Shown in pieces: positions 43,901 through 54,465 of a stretch of DNA of 64,000 bases. Numbering within the stretch: position 1 is the stretch's first letter; each line of letters starts with the position of its first letter. Source of the stretch: Dehalococcoidia bacterium (GTDB lineage: Bacteria > Chloroflexota > Dehalococcoidia > GIF9 > AB-539-J10); assembly GCA_046483735.1 (NCBI GenBank), contig JAWOCP010000078.1:2802-66801 (forward strand), given 5' to 3'. The notes beneath the pieces are model-generated. The model had not been told where the DNA came from. It made no database searches and worked only from the letters and a program-made list of their open reading frames with translations. The position numbers and the translations under genes were made by a program.

Positions 43901-43928
43901 TTGATGATTATCTTTCCAGTGATATAAT
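43901..43928 (+). promoter_or_regulatory. sigma70-like promoter (TTGATG-16-TATAAT, TGn-extended)
   Basis: -35 TTGATG at 43901-43906 and -10 TATAAT at 43923-43928, preceded by TGA. Only about 15 nt before ATG 43944, which implies a very short leader. Confidence 0.45.
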
Positions 43929-43943
43929 GGTTATGTAGGGCTC

Positions 43944-46238
43944 ATGAACGTGAGAAGAGTTGGCACCTTTCTGATGGTGATAACCCTGATTGCCGCGACC
44001 GTAGGCTGTGTTGGTGTTACTATGTTTGACATAGACCCTAACTCCGGCAAGATGCTCGACACCGCAATCCTCACATCCTCGGACGAAATGCTCACCGTTA
44101 CAATTCCGGAGGGTACCATCGCCCTAGATAGGGAAGGCAATCCGCTACTCACTCTGGAGGTAGATGAGGACCCCGAACCAGCCGCACCACCAGAGGATGC
44201 CCATATTGTTGGATTAGCCTACAACCTCGGCCCAGCGGGAGCTACCTTTGACCCGGCCATGAGTTTGACCTGGAAATATAACCCGGCGGATATTCCCACG
44301 GGCGTAAATGAAGAGAACTTAGTTATAGCCTACCATGATGAAGCGACAGGCGAGTGGGTGATATGCGAATCTGTGGTGGACACGACGACAAATACTGTCA
44401 CAGCTTCGGTATTTCACCTGACCACGTTCGCTATTGTCGGCGTCCCGTCACTTCAATACACCCTCTCCATCTCCAGCACCGCTGGGGGTAATGTGACCAC
44501 TCCTGGCGAAGGGACTTTCACCTATGATGAAGGAACAGTGGTCAGCCTTGTCGCTCAACCTGACGAAGGCTACCAGTTTGTCAACTGGAGTGGGGATGTG
44601 GGCACGGTTGCCAGTGCGAATACTACTTCAACCACAATCGTGGTAGAAGGCAACTATTCAATCACTGCCAGTTTTAAGGAGATACCACCGGTTGAGTACG
44701 ATCTTACCATCTCCAGCACTGCTGGCGGCTTGGTAACCGTACCCGGTGAAGGGACTTTCACATACAACGCCAGCACGGTAATTGACTTGGTGGCGAATCC
44801 GCTTAGTGGCTACTACTTCGTCAATTGGACCGGGAATGTAAGTACAGTTGCGAATGTCAACGCTGCCGCGACCACCATCACAATGAACGGCACCTACTCC
44901 ATTATGGCGAACTTCTACGAAATACCCGTGACCTACTACACCCTGACTGTGGGGATAAATGGGAGCGGCTCAACGAGCCCGTCGGTCGGGCAACATACCT
45001 ACGCCGCAGGTACGGTGGTCTCCATTAGCACCACTCCAACTGATTGCTACCGCTTCGTCAACTGGACTGGTAACGTGGGTACTATTGCCAATGTCAATGC
45101 TGCCTCAACCACCATCAGAATGAACGGACACTACTCTATAACGGCCAACCTCCAGCAGGAGGAGCCTGTGTACTTCGCCGACTCCAATCTTGAGACAGCA
45201 ATCAGATGGCCCGCCCATATCAATAAACCCGAGGGTCCCATCTGCCCGTCAGATCTGGAAGGGCTTACCTGCTTGTGGGCTGACCATATGAACATTTCCG
45301 ACCTCACTGGTCTGGAGCACTGCACCAGCCTGACAGAGCTCCATCTTAGTTACAACCAGATAGCCGACCTTTCATTGCTTGCCAATCTGACTGGCCCGAC
45401 AGAACTCTATCTTCGTGATAACCACATAAGCGATATCTCGCCGCTTGCCAATCTGACCAACTTGACCAACCTGGGCACACTGGACCTTCGTGACAACCAA
45501 ATAGATGATATCTCCGCTGTGTCCGGCCTAACTAGCCTGACGTGGCTCATCCTTAGTAATAACCAGATAAGTGATATCTCACCTGTGTCTAGCCTCATCA
45601 ACCTGAGAGGGCTCCTGTTTGAGAATAACCAGATAGGCGACATCTCGTCACTCGCCAACCTCACCAATCTGATAAGAGTCGATATGCCCTCTAACCAGGT
45701 AAGCGATATTTCACCGCTGGCTAATCTCGGCAGTCTAGTACTGCTCGACGCGAGCGGTAACCAGATAAGTGACATCTCACCACTAACCAATCTCACGAAT
45801 CTGACAGACCTTCGACTTCACGACAACCAAATCAGCGATATCTCACCTCTGGCTAACCTCACCAAGATGATATACCTTCAGCTTGATGACAACCAGATAA
45901 GTGATGTCTCACCTCTGGTTAACTTCACCGACCTGGATCAACTCCGCGTTCGCAGTAACCAACTAAGCGATATCTCACCCCTAGCCAATCTCACTGCCCT
46001 GACAACGCTGTGGCTTGATGATAACCATATAAGCGATATTTCGTCGCTGGTCAATCTCACCAATCTACGTGGACTCTGGCTTCCGGGGAATCAGATAAGT
46101 GATGTGTCACCACTGGTGGAGAATGAAGGACTCTCAGAAAGGGACGAAGTCAATCTGACGGGGAACCCTCTAAGCTCTGATTCCATCAACATATATATAC
46201 CTCAGCTCGAAGCCAGAGGAGTGATTGTTGATTATTAG
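43944..46238 (+). CDS. surface lipoprotein: N-terminal domain, 3 InlB-B-repeat-like modules and about 12 internalin-type LRRs
   Basis: Signal peptide with lipobox-like AATVGC. Three modules of the type Y.L.ISST.GG.VT.PGEGTFTY…GY.FVNW.G.V…TTI…Y.I.A.F. About 12 22-residue repeats of the form L.NLT.L..L.L..NQISDISPLANL. Confidence 0.8.
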   Translation: MNVRRVGTFLMVITLIAATVGCVGVTMFDIDPNSGKMLDTAILTSSDEMLTVTIPEGTIALDREGNPLLTLEVDEDPEPAAPPEDAHIVGLAYNLGPAGATFDPAMSLTWKYNPADIPTGVNEENLVIAYHDEATGEWVICESVVDTTTNTVTASVFHLTTFAIVGVPSLQYTLSISSTAGGNVTTPGEGTFTYDEGTVVSLVAQPDEGYQFVNWSGDVGTVASANTTSTTIVVEGNYSITASFKEIPPVEYDLTISSTAGGLVTVPGEGTFTYNASTVIDLVANPLSGYYFVNWTGNVSTVANVNAAATTITMNGTYSIMANFYEIPVTYYTLTVGINGSGSTSPSVGQHTYAAGTVVSISTTPTDCYRFVNWTGNVGTIANVNAASTTIRMNGHYSITANLQQEEPVYFADSNLETAIRWPAHINKPEGPICPSDLEGLTCLWADHMNISDLTGLEHCTSLTELHLSYNQIADLSLLANLTGPTELYLRDNHISDISPLANLTNLTNLGTLDLRDNQIDDISAVSGLTSLTWLILSNNQISDISPVSSLINLRGLLFENNQIGDISSLANLTNLIRVDMPSNQVSDISPLANLGSLVLLDASGNQISDISPLTNLTNLTDLRLHDNQISDISPLANLTKMIYLQLDDNQISDVSPLVNFTDLDQLRVRSNQLSDISPLANLTALTTLWLDDNHISDISSLVNLTNLRGLWLPGNQISDVSPLVENEGLSERDEVNLTGNPLSSDSINIYIPQLEARGVIVDY

Positions 46239-46450
46239 GACTCGGGCGGCTGGGGTCAAAGCTACGGTACACCTGATTGAGAGACTGTATGTTAGCTTGT
46301 TTTGTTGATCCAGCCGTAACAAGATGACGGAATGCGTGGTTGACATAGGTTCCATGAGTGCCCAGCTCATTGTGATATAATGCTTGGTGATGAGAGGTTG
46401 GGTTTGGTGGTTCGTGAACATCAGATAGGGGGCTTTCCCCGAGGAACACT

Positions 46451-47512
46451 GTGAAAGCACTAGAGCCGTGGCTTTTCTTCAAGAGCATTAAGAATCCAGC
46501 AGAATGGTGGCTTCGGTTTGCCCTACCAGTAGCAGCGATAATACTTGCTATATACTCAATGGGCGTGAGTAGCATCCAACTTCAATTAGCACAGCGCGCT
46601 CACGAAATTACAGTCAGCCATTACTTTGAAAGTGAGGAGCCAGCTTCGCAGTATCGGCGAATATCTCTGGACTTAATCAGACTAGATAGCAAGATCGAAC
46701 AAGCTGAACAATGGATTGCTCAGTCTGACATGCCCAAGGCCAGCGTTATGGAACTAGAGCAAGCTCTATATGAGGCGAAGCATTGGAGGGAAGAGACTGA
46801 CAAAGCACTATTTGAGTATAGATTGACCGATGCTGAGGGATATAGGGGTCTTGGCCATGAAAGCGTGGATGAAGTGCTTCGTGAATTGTCAGAAGAAGTT
46901 TTCGCACTACCGGTTGTGACTGTTTGGTCAGAAGGTTTCCTCAGCGTTGGAATCGACAATCTAACTACAGGAATGACCAGAGAAGGTGAAACACTTGAGA
47001 CAGTCACAATCGTGATAGCCGACCCGCCAATCTCATCTCGCTACCCCTATAGAGTTATTTCTTGTTATGACATATCCCCAAATAGAGCAAGGTTGGACGA
47101 TCCAGCCACATTCACTTTCGGCTATGACCCCGACGATATTCCTTTTGGTTTCCATGAAGAAGACTTGGTGGGTGCCACATGGAATTGGGACACCGAAGAG
47201 TGGAGTGTCATCCATGATAGCAAGATACACTTGCAGGAAAACAGCATTTCAGTCACGATGAACCACCTATCATACTTTGCTGTTATCGCACAATATCCAA
47301 AGCTAACCCAACCTATTGGCTGGATTGCCATAACTGCTGTTGTTTTGGGCCTTTCCCTTCTTGTTGCCTTTGGAGTCGCCATAGCTAATCGAAGACAACA
47401 GAGCGGCAGAAGGCCATTAACGTGCAGAGTTCGTAAGCATCAATGGTTTCCAAGAGTTCCAACACCTAAGCAATACCCTAGACGTCGATCAAGAGACTGG
47501 AACGGTAGATAA
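46451..47512 (+). CDS. membrane-anchored orphan protein sharing a beta-rich domain with the N-terminus of the 43944 product
   Basis: N-terminal and C-terminal TM helices. …ATFTFGYDPDDIPFGFHEEDLVGATWNWDTEEWSVI…VTMNHLSYFAVIA parallels …ATFDPAMSLTWKYNPADIPTGVNEENLVIAYHDEATGEWVIC…ASVFHLTTFAIVG. Confidence 0.5.
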   Translation: MKALEPWLFFKSIKNPAEWWLRFALPVAAIILAIYSMGVSSIQLQLAQRAHEITVSHYFESEEPASQYRRISLDLIRLDSKIEQAEQWIAQSDMPKASVMELEQALYEAKHWREETDKALFEYRLTDAEGYRGLGHESVDEVLRELSEEVFALPVVTVWSEGFLSVGIDNLTTGMTREGETLETVTIVIADPPISSRYPYRVISCYDISPNRARLDDPATFTFGYDPDDIPFGFHEEDLVGATWNWDTEEWSVIHDSKIHLQENSISVTMNHLSYFAVIAQYPKLTQPIGWIAITAVVLGLSLLVAFGVAIANRRQQSGRRPLTCRVRKHQWFPRVPTPKQYPRRRSRDWNGR

Positions 47513-47629
47513 CAAGGTGACGAGTGCAGCATCGCCTAGCTCCGCAGCCGATGTCTTCAGTACTCTTCCATCACCCATGATTATTGTATATACTTTCTAT
47601 GAGCAGTGCAGTGCGAAGGAGGGCTAGCT

Positions 47630-49192
47630 ATGGCGGGCAATCATTCTGAGATAGAAAAGAGGTTGTGGGAGGCGGCAGACCAGCTGCGGGCCAACTCCCG
47701 TCTCAAATCGTCAGAGTATTCTGTGCCGGTCCTCGGCCTTATCTTTCTCCGTTACGCTGACCACAAGTTCGGCATCGCCAGACAAGAACTGGAAGGCTCA
47801 CCCATCGCACACGGCCGCAGGCGCGGTGTCAGTAAGGCTGACTATCATGCCAGGGGATTTGTCTACCTGCCCGAGCAAGCCAGGTTTTCCCATCTTCTGA
47901 ACATTCCGGAGGGGGAAGCCGTAGGTCGTGTCATCAACGAGGCTATGAAAGCCATTGAAGCCGACAACGAGGAACTGCGTGGAGTTCTGCCAAAAGACTA
48001 CAACCGACTGGAAAATGACACACTGGTGGCATTGTTGAGACTGTTCGCATCCATCCCGATGGATATGGAAGGTGATGTGTTCGGGAAGTTATATGAATAC
48101 TTTCTGGGCAAGTTCGCCATGGCTGAAGGACAGCGCGGTGGCGAGTTCTTCACTCCTACATCTCTGGTCAAGCTCATCGTAGAGGTCATTGAGCCCTATC
48201 ACGGGCGTATCCTGGACCCGGCCTGCGGTTCGGCTGGCATGTTTGTCCAGAGTGCCAACTTCGTAAAGAAGCACCAGCGAAACCCCAGCGCCGAAATCTC
48301 GCTTTACGGACAGGAAAAGGTGGCTGAGACCATCCGCCTATCCCGCATGAGCCTTGCCGTACACGGGTTGTCTGGCGACATCAGGCAAGGGAATTCTTAC
48401 TATGAGGATGTACACCGGAGCCTGCGCAAGTTTGACTTTGTCATGGCCAATCCTCCGTTCAACGTCAATGGAGTTGATAAGGAGAAGATCAAGGACGACC
48501 CCCGATACAACTACGGCATCCCGAGGGCGGACAATGCTAATTACCTCTGGATTCAGGTTTTCCACAGCGCGCTAAATGATAATGGTCGTACCGGATTTGT
48601 GATGGCAAATTCAGCCAGTGACGCCCGACAGTCGGAACTCGAAATACGAAAACAACTAATTGAAGACAACAGTGTCGATGTGATGATAGCTATCGGCTCG
48701 AATTTCTTCTACACTGTGACCCTGCCATGCACGCTCTGGTTCCTCGACAGGGGCAAGAAGAACACTGATAGAAGAGACAAAATGCTGTTCATTGACGCCA
48801 GGCATATTTACCACCAGGTTGACCGTGCGCACCGTGAATTCAGCCCCGAGCAGATTGAGTTCATCGCCAATATTGTTCGCCTCTATCGTGGAGAGCCTCT
48901 AGATACGAGAAACGGCAGCACAGAGATGCTGAAGGAGCAGTTCCCTGAGAATAGGTATGCTGATGTGCCAGGACTCTGCAAGGGTGCCAGCCTGGACGAA
49001 ATAAGGCAGCAGGGATACTCCCTCAACCCCGGCCGCTACGTGGGTGTTGCTGAACAAGCAGCTGATGATTTCGAGTTCTCGGAGCGGCTGCAGGAGTTGA
49101 ACGAGGAGCTGGAAATCCTTAATACTGAGGCACGGGAGCTGGAGGAACGAATCGCGGAGAATGTTGCAAAGCTACTAGACAAGATGGTTTGA
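47630..49192 (+). CDS. hsdM: type I restriction-modification system, N6-adenine DNA methyltransferase subunit
   Basis: HsdM N-terminal pattern …[12 protein letters not shown]…[12 protein letters not shown] motif DPACGSAGM. Catalytic motif NPPF (VMANPPFNV). AAGGAGG lies 8 nt before ATG 47630. Confidence 0.9.
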   Translation: MAGNHSEIEKRLWEAADQLRANSRLKSSEYSVPVLGLIFLRYADHKFGIARQELEGSPIAHGRRRGVSKADYHARGFVYLPEQARFSHLLNIPEGEAVGRVINEAMKAIEADNEELRGVLPKDYNRLENDTLVALLRLFASIPMDMEGDVFGKLYEYFLGKFAMAEGQRGGEFFTPTSLVKLIVEVIEPYHGRILDPACGSAGMFVQSANFVKKHQRNPSAEISLYGQEKVAETIRLSRMSLAVHGLSGDIRQGNSYYEDVHRSLRKFDFVMANPPFNVNGVDKEKIKDDPRYNYGIPRADNANYLWIQVFHSALNDNGRTGFVMANSASDARQSELEIRKQLIEDNSVDVMIAIGSNFFYTVTLPCTLWFLDRGKKNTDRRDKMLFIDARHIYHQVDRAHREFSPEQIEFIANIVRLYRGEPLDTRNGSTEMLKEQFPENRYADVPGLCKGASLDEIRQQGYSLNPGRYVGVAEQAADDFEFSERLQELNEELEILNTEARELEERIAENVAKLLDKMV

Positions 49193-50376
49193 GTAGAATG
49201 CTTAGACAAATCATTTTCAAAGACTTTGTCACATTACAAAGAGGCTTTGATCTGCCAACTGTACAACGTGTGGATGGACCTTACCCGGTTGTTGCGTCGA
49301 CGACTATCCATGGTTATCACACTGAATATAAGGTCAACCCACCAGGCGTGACTACCGGCAGAAGTGGAGCTCTTGGAGAGATTTTGTATCTTCAGCAACC
49401 ATTTTGGCCTTTGAACACGACGTTGTGGGTCAAGGACTTTAAGGAGAATTTCCCAAGATACGTGTACTACTTTCTGATAGCAATGCACTTGGAGCGTTGG
49501 GACGCTGGCACAGGCGTACCTACCCTGAACCGAAATCACTTGGATAATGTCGAGATAGCTGTGCACGATCCAAACGACCAGCGCAAGATCGCCGCTATCC
49601 TCTCCGCCTATGATAACCTCATTGAGAACAACACCCACCGCATCAAGATACTGGAAGAGATGGCGCAGATGATATACCGGGAGTGGTTCGTCAACTTCCG
49701 CTTTCCAGGTCATGAGAAGGCCAGGATGGTTGAGTCGGAGCTGAGGCTGATTCCAGACGGGTGGGAGGTCGGTACGCTAAACGAACTGGTTAGGATCGTA
49801 TCCGGCTTTGCCTTCAGCAGCAAAGAGTACGTAGTTAATGGCAAGTATGCAATCGTGACGATCAAGAACATCCAGGACGGAGTTTTTATGTCGGACTGTA
49901 ATAGTCGTGTTGACAGCGTGCCACCAAGTATGCCAGAGCATTGCCGTCTTCATACGGGTGATATTCTGCTTTCGCTAACTGGCAATGTGGGAAGGACGTG
50001 TCTGTTTTATGGGGAACAACACTTGCTTAACCAACGAGTCGCAAAGATTTTGCCAAGAGAGGGAATAGGAAAGTCATTTGTGTATTTCACGTTTCGCCAA
50101 GATAGCCTAAGGCGTCGACTAGAGATGATTTCAACCGGGGTAGCACAACAAAACCTCAGTCCTATCAACTTGGGTAATCTGGAGTTGATATTGCCGCCGA
50201 AACACCTATTGACGGACTTCTGCCGAACGTTCGATGTATTTGTAGAACACATTCTTCTGCTGCTGATTCACACTGCCAACCTCCGCCAGACCCGAGACCT
50301 GCTGTTGCCCAGGCTGATTTCCGGCGAGATTGATGTGGAGAATCTTGATATAGACACCGGAGAGACACAGGCATGA
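49189..50376 (+). CDS. hsdS: type I R-M specificity subunit (two target-recognition domains)
   Basis: Central conserved helix …[41 protein letters not shown] and C-terminal …[19 protein letters not shown]. Its ends overlap hsdM and hsdR. Confidence 0.85.
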   Translation: MSRMLRQIIFKDFVTLQRGFDLPTVQRVDGPYPVVASTTIHGYHTEYKVNPPGVTTGRSGALGEILYLQQPFWPLNTTLWVKDFKENFPRYVYYFLIAMHLERWDAGTGVPTLNRNHLDNVEIAVHDPNDQRKIAAILSAYDNLIENNTHRIKILEEMAQMIYREWFVNFRFPGHEKARMVESELRLIPDGWEVGTLNELVRIVSGFAFSSKEYVVNGKYAIVTIKNIQDGVFMSDCNSRVDSVPPSMPEHCRLHTGDILLSLTGNVGRTCLFYGEQHLLNQRVAKILPREGIGKSFVYFTFRQDSLRRRLEMISTGVAQQNLSPINLGNLELILPPKHLLTDFCRTFDVFVEHILLLLIHTANLRQTRDLLLPRLISGEIDVENLDIDTGETQA

Positions 50377-53300
50377 CTGACCAGTACTCGGAGTCAACTC
50401 TTGTAGAGCAGCCAGCCATTGAACTTTTCCAGGAGCTGGGGTATGAAAGGGCAGACTGCTTTTACGAGCAGGTTGGTATTGGCTCGACTCTGGGCAGGCA
50501 GACCACGCAGGAAGTGGTGCTGGTTCCCAGGCTGCGTGCTGCTCTGCGGCGGCTGAACCAGAATTCACCTGAAGATTCGATTGAGTCGGCAGTTGAAGAA
50601 CTGGTCAGAGACCGAAGCACGCTTCATCCAGCGGTAGCTAACAGGGAGATCTACCTTCTGCTCAAGAACGGGGTCAGAACACTAGTCACTACCCCCGATG
50701 GTGACCTGCAGACGGAGACCGTCCGTGTCATCGACTGGAACAACCCGGAGAACAATGATTTCTTCCTAGCTTCACAGTTTTGGATTTCCGGCGAGATGTA
50801 CAAGCGGCGTGTTGACCTTCTCGGCTTCGTCAATGGTCTGCCGCTCATTCTCCTCGAACTGAAGGCCGCCCACAAGCGCCTGGAGAACGCCTACCGCGAC
50901 AATGTGCGGGACTACAAGTCCACTATCCCTCAGCTATTCTGGTATAACACTTTCGTCATCGTATCCAACGGAAGCAACAGTAGAATTGGCAGCATGAGTG
51001 CCGAGTGGGAACACTTCAACGAGTGGAAGAAGATCAGCGACGAGCAGGAGCCGAGTGTTGTGTCTCTGGAAACCATCATCCGGGGCACATGCGACAAACA
51101 ACGCTTCCTCGACCTTGCCGAGAATTTCACCGTTTTCACCGATGTGGGTGGGCCGCTGGTGAAGCTCGTGGCCAAGAACCACCAGTACTTTGGTGTGAAC
51201 AATGCCATCAAAGCTCTGCAACAGCTGGAAGAGAAGCAGGGGCGTCTTGGCGTTTTCTGGCACACTCAGGGGAGCGGTAAGAGCTACTCTATGATGTTCT
51301 TTGCCCAGAAGGTGCTTCGCCGTATTCCCGGGGGCTGGACATTCTTGATTGTGACCGACCGGCAGGAGCTGGACGACCAGATCTACAAGAACTTTGCCAA
51401 CGCCGGCGTCATAACGGAGCCGCACATCCAGGCCACAAGCGGCCAGCACCTGAGACGGCTTCTCAAAGAAGACCACCGCTATGTTTTCACCCTCATTCAG
51501 AAATTCTGGACCGAGCGTGGCCAGCTGTATCCCAAACTGTCCGACCGCACCGATATTATCGTGATAACTGATGAGGCGCACCGCTCACAATACGATATCT
51601 TCGCCCAGAACATGCGTAACGCCCTGCCAGGGGCGGCTTTCCTGGCCTTTACCGGTACTCCACTGATGGTTGGCGAAGAGAGGACGAGACAGGTCTTCGG
51701 TGACTACGTCAGCATCTACAACTTCAAGCAATCTGTGGATGATGCTGCCACTGTGCCTCTTTATTACGAGAACCGCATCCCGGAGCTACAGCTCACCAAT
51801 CGCGACCTGAAGGAAGACATGGAGCGCCTGCTGGAAGAGGCAGAGATGGATGAAGAACAGGAGAAGAAGCTCGAGCGGGAGTTTGGCCGCCAGTATCATC
51901 TGATTACGCGGGACGATAGACTGGAAAGAATAGCAGAGGATATCGTCGCTCACTTCATGGGGCGGGGGCACCAGGGCAAAGCGATGGTCGTGTCCATTGA
52001 CAAGGCAACTGCAGTGCGCATGTATGATAAGGTGCTCAAATATTGGAAGGAGTATCAGGAAGGGCTTAGAACTCAACTCGCATCGACCAGCGGTGCTTTG
52101 GAACGATGGGAACTCGAGGATAAAATCAGTTACATGAAAGAGACCGACATGGCAGTGGTAGTTTCGCAATCACAGAACGAAGTTGAGGACATGATGAGTA
52201 GGGGACTGGACATTGTTCCTCATCGCAGGCGCATGCTGACGGAGGACATGGATAAGAAGTTCAAAGACCCCGATGACCCGTTCCGCATTGTGTTTGTCTG
52301 TGCCATGTGGATGACCGGATTCGATGTTCCCTGTTGCTCCACCATTTACCTGGACAAGCCCATGCGCAACCACACGCTGATGCAGACCATTGCCAGGGCA
52401 AACCGGGTGTTCAGAGACAAGGTCAACGGGCTGATAGTGGACTATGTTGGGGTCTTTTGTGACCTCCAGAAAGCGCTGGCCATCTACGGCTCGGAATACG
52501 GAGGGGGTGTTCGGGAGGGCGAAACACCTGTTCTGGACAAGAGCGAGTTATTGAACGCTCTGAAAGAGGCCGTGTCAGAAATGGAGACGTTTTGTACGGA
52601 CCGCGGGATTGAACTTGCCAATATCCAGGCAGCCAGTGGATTCGAGAAGATTAGGCTACTCGACGATGCGGTGGAAGTCATTGTAGTTAACGACGACTCA
52701 AAAAGAAGCTATCTATCCCTCGCTGCCGATGTACTTAAACTGTTCAAGGCTATACTGCCAGATCCCCATGCGAACGAGTTCATACCTGTCAGGGCAACCG
52801 TTGCCGTGATTGCGGAGAAGATCCGCTCGCTTACCCCGGAGCCGGACATTTCGGGAGTTATGGGTGCCGTCGAGGAGTTGCTGGACAAGTCTGTTGCAGC
52901 AGAGCCTTATAGAATCAAAACGGCCGGTTCGGGATATCAGGCTCATCTGGTTGACTTGAGCAAGATTGACTTTGATGCGTTGAAACAGAGATTTGAGAAG
53001 GCACGAAAGCATACAGAGGCAGAGCGACTTCGTACGATAGTTGATCGCAAGATCAAACAACTTGTTCGCATGAACCGTACCCGGATGGATTTCATGGAAA
53101 AATTCCAGCAGCTAGTAGACGAGTATAATTCGGGTGCCATAAACATCGAGATGTTCTTCAATAGCCTGGTTGAATTTGCCCGGGAACTCAACGAGGAGGA
53201 GAAGCGAGTTGTCAGAGAAAACCTGACCGAAGAAGAGCTGGCTATCTTTGATATCCTAACCAAGCCCGATATGAGGCTGACACGCAAAGAAAAGAGTCAG

Positions 53301-53564
53301 GTGAAAAAGGTGGCACGAGAGCTGCTCACGAAATTGAAAGCGGAAATGCTGGTCCTGGACTGGCGCAAGCGCCAGCAGAGCCGAGCGCAGGTTATGGTGA
53401 CTATTGAGGACATGCTGGACAAGGGTCTGCCCGAGAAGTTCAAGGAAGATATCTTCCACCAGAAATGCGAGCTTCTATACCAGCATGTGTATGATTCCTA
53501 TTTTGGTGAAGGGCGGAGTGTGTATGTGGCTGCCGTCAGTGATAAGGAACGCCGGATTAGCTAG
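50373..53564 (+). CDS. hsdR: type I R-M restriction/helicase subunit
   Basis: 1063 aa. Walker A HTQGSGKS. DEAH box ITDEAHRSQY. Also …FTGTP…, …QTIARANR, and an N-terminal nuclease region (…VDLLGFVNGLPL.LLELK). Confidence 0.9.
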   Translation: MTDQYSESTLVEQPAIELFQELGYERADCFYEQVGIGSTLGRQTTQEVVLVPRLRAALRRLNQNSPEDSIESAVEELVRDRSTLHPAVANREIYLLLKNGVRTLVTTPDGDLQTETVRVIDWNNPENNDFFLASQFWISGEMYKRRVDLLGFVNGLPLILLELKAAHKRLENAYRDNVRDYKSTIPQLFWYNTFVIVSNGSNSRIGSMSAEWEHFNEWKKISDEQEPSVVSLETIIRGTCDKQRFLDLAENFTVFTDVGGPLVKLVAKNHQYFGVNNAIKALQQLEEKQGRLGVFWHTQGSGKSYSMMFFAQKVLRRIPGGWTFLIVTDRQELDDQIYKNFANAGVITEPHIQATSGQHLRRLLKEDHRYVFTLIQKFWTERGQLYPKLSDRTDIIVITDEAHRSQYDIFAQNMRNALPGAAFLAFTGTPLMVGEERTRQVFGDYVSIYNFKQSVDDAATVPLYYENRIPELQLTNRDLKEDMERLLEEAEMDEEQEKKLEREFGRQYHLITRDDRLERIAEDIVAHFMGRGHQGKAMVVSIDKATAVRMYDKVLKYWKEYQEGLRTQLASTSGALERWELEDKISYMKETDMAVVVSQSQNEVEDMMSRGLDIVPHRRRMLTEDMDKKFKDPDDPFRIVFVCAMWMTGFDVPCCSTIYLDKPMRNHTLMQTIARANRVFRDKVNGLIVDYVGVFCDLQKALAIYGSEYGGGVREGETPVLDKSELLNALKEAVSEMETFCTDRGIELANIQAASGFEKIRLLDDAVEVIVVNDDSKRSYLSLAADVLKLFKAILPDPHANEFIPVRATVAVIAEKIRSLTPEPDISGVMGAVEELLDKSVAAEPYRIKTAGSGYQAHLVDLSKIDFDALKQRFEKARKHTEAERLRTIVDRKIKQLVRMNRTRMDFMEKFQQLVDEYNSGAINIEMFFNSLVEFARELNEEEKRVVRENLTEEELAIFDILTKPDMRLTRKEKSQVKKVARELLTKLKAEMLVLDWRKRQQSRAQVMVTIEDMLDKGLPEKFKEDIFHQKCELLYQHVYDSYFGEGRSVYVAAVSDKERRIS

Positions 53565-53702
53565 ATGGTCGATGAGTTCTACGACCTCACTCCGAAAGAG
53601 ATTGCCGTTATGGAGGGACTATTCCGAAAGCAGTCTTCTGTCGTGGACAGTAGGGTAACCGTGCAGTACGCAAACAGCGCTGGAAATGGGGATGCCCCAT
53701 GA
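53565..53702 (+). CDS. 45-aa ORF resembling a methyltransferase/specificity C-terminal tail fragment
   Basis: MVDEFYDLTPKEIAVMEG… recalls the (Y/F)-x-L-T-x-E-E-I-x-x-(I/V)-E tails of many DNA MTases. Its ATG follows the hsdR stop directly, and its stop overlaps the next ATG. Confidence 0.25.
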   Translation: MVDEFYDLTPKEIAVMEGLFRKQSSVVDSRVTVQYANSAGNGDAP

Positions 53703-54385
53703 GAAAAGACAGGATATTATTCGATTGCGCAGATGCAGCCAGGTCTCCAGCTGAAATACGCACCGAAATCTCTGGTTTCAGAGATGATTATATCAATGCC
53801 ACGTGGCAGGTCATCCAGGAGTCCGAAGAATTGGATGACGATGGTGCGGTATTCGTCGCGTGTGCGTCACTTATACTTAAGAAGTTCGGCATGACGCGGA
53901 GGGGCCCATTCGGCAAGAACAAGAGTATGGAAGCAACGCTGCGCAATTGCTGGGATGAGGTCGGGGGCTTGCTTACCAATATCAAGCAGTCCTTGGTACA
54001 AAGTGGTCACCCGAGGGGTAGACTGCTCCTCGAATTGGACGAGAGCAGACGTGACAAGGTTATAGCAGATATCTGGAATGCCATGAAGCGATTACTACCA
54101 TATACGATGGGAGATACGGCTTACGGGCTTGTAGGAGCGAGCAAGATACTCTTCTCGGTCTTCCCGGAGATTGTCCTGCCCATCGATAATAGGCAGTGGC
54201 TGTATGTGTTTCAAACGGTGGATATCACAGATGTCATCAAGTGGATGGCAGTCGATATTCGACGCTGGGAGAATCTCACAACGGAAAAACTGAACGAGTT
54301 GGACATTACAGGAAGGCTAACCACGCTACCCTCTGTATATAATGTCATGGCAATGGCCGCAAGACCACGATCCCTCAAATCCTAG
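53699..54385 (+). CDS. orphan protein downstream of hsdR
   Basis: 228 aa. No motif recognised. Appears translationally coupled upstream. Confidence 0.5.
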   Translation: MRKDRILFDCADAARSPAEIRTEISGFRDDYINATWQVIQESEELDDDGAVFVACASLILKKFGMTRRGPFGKNKSMEATLRNCWDEVGGLLTNIKQSLVQSGHPRGRLLLELDESRRDKVIADIWNAMKRLLPYTMGDTAYGLVGASKILFSVFPEIVLPIDNRQWLYVFQTVDITDVIKWMAVDIRRWENLTTEKLNELDITGRLTTLPSVYNVMAMAARPRSLKS

Positions 54386-54465
54386 GAATATCATGCCAAT
54401 TAGGCCTGCTGCAAATCAGGTGTTGTGTCCGCAGAATATAGAAATTGGGAAAGGGATAGTTGCAT

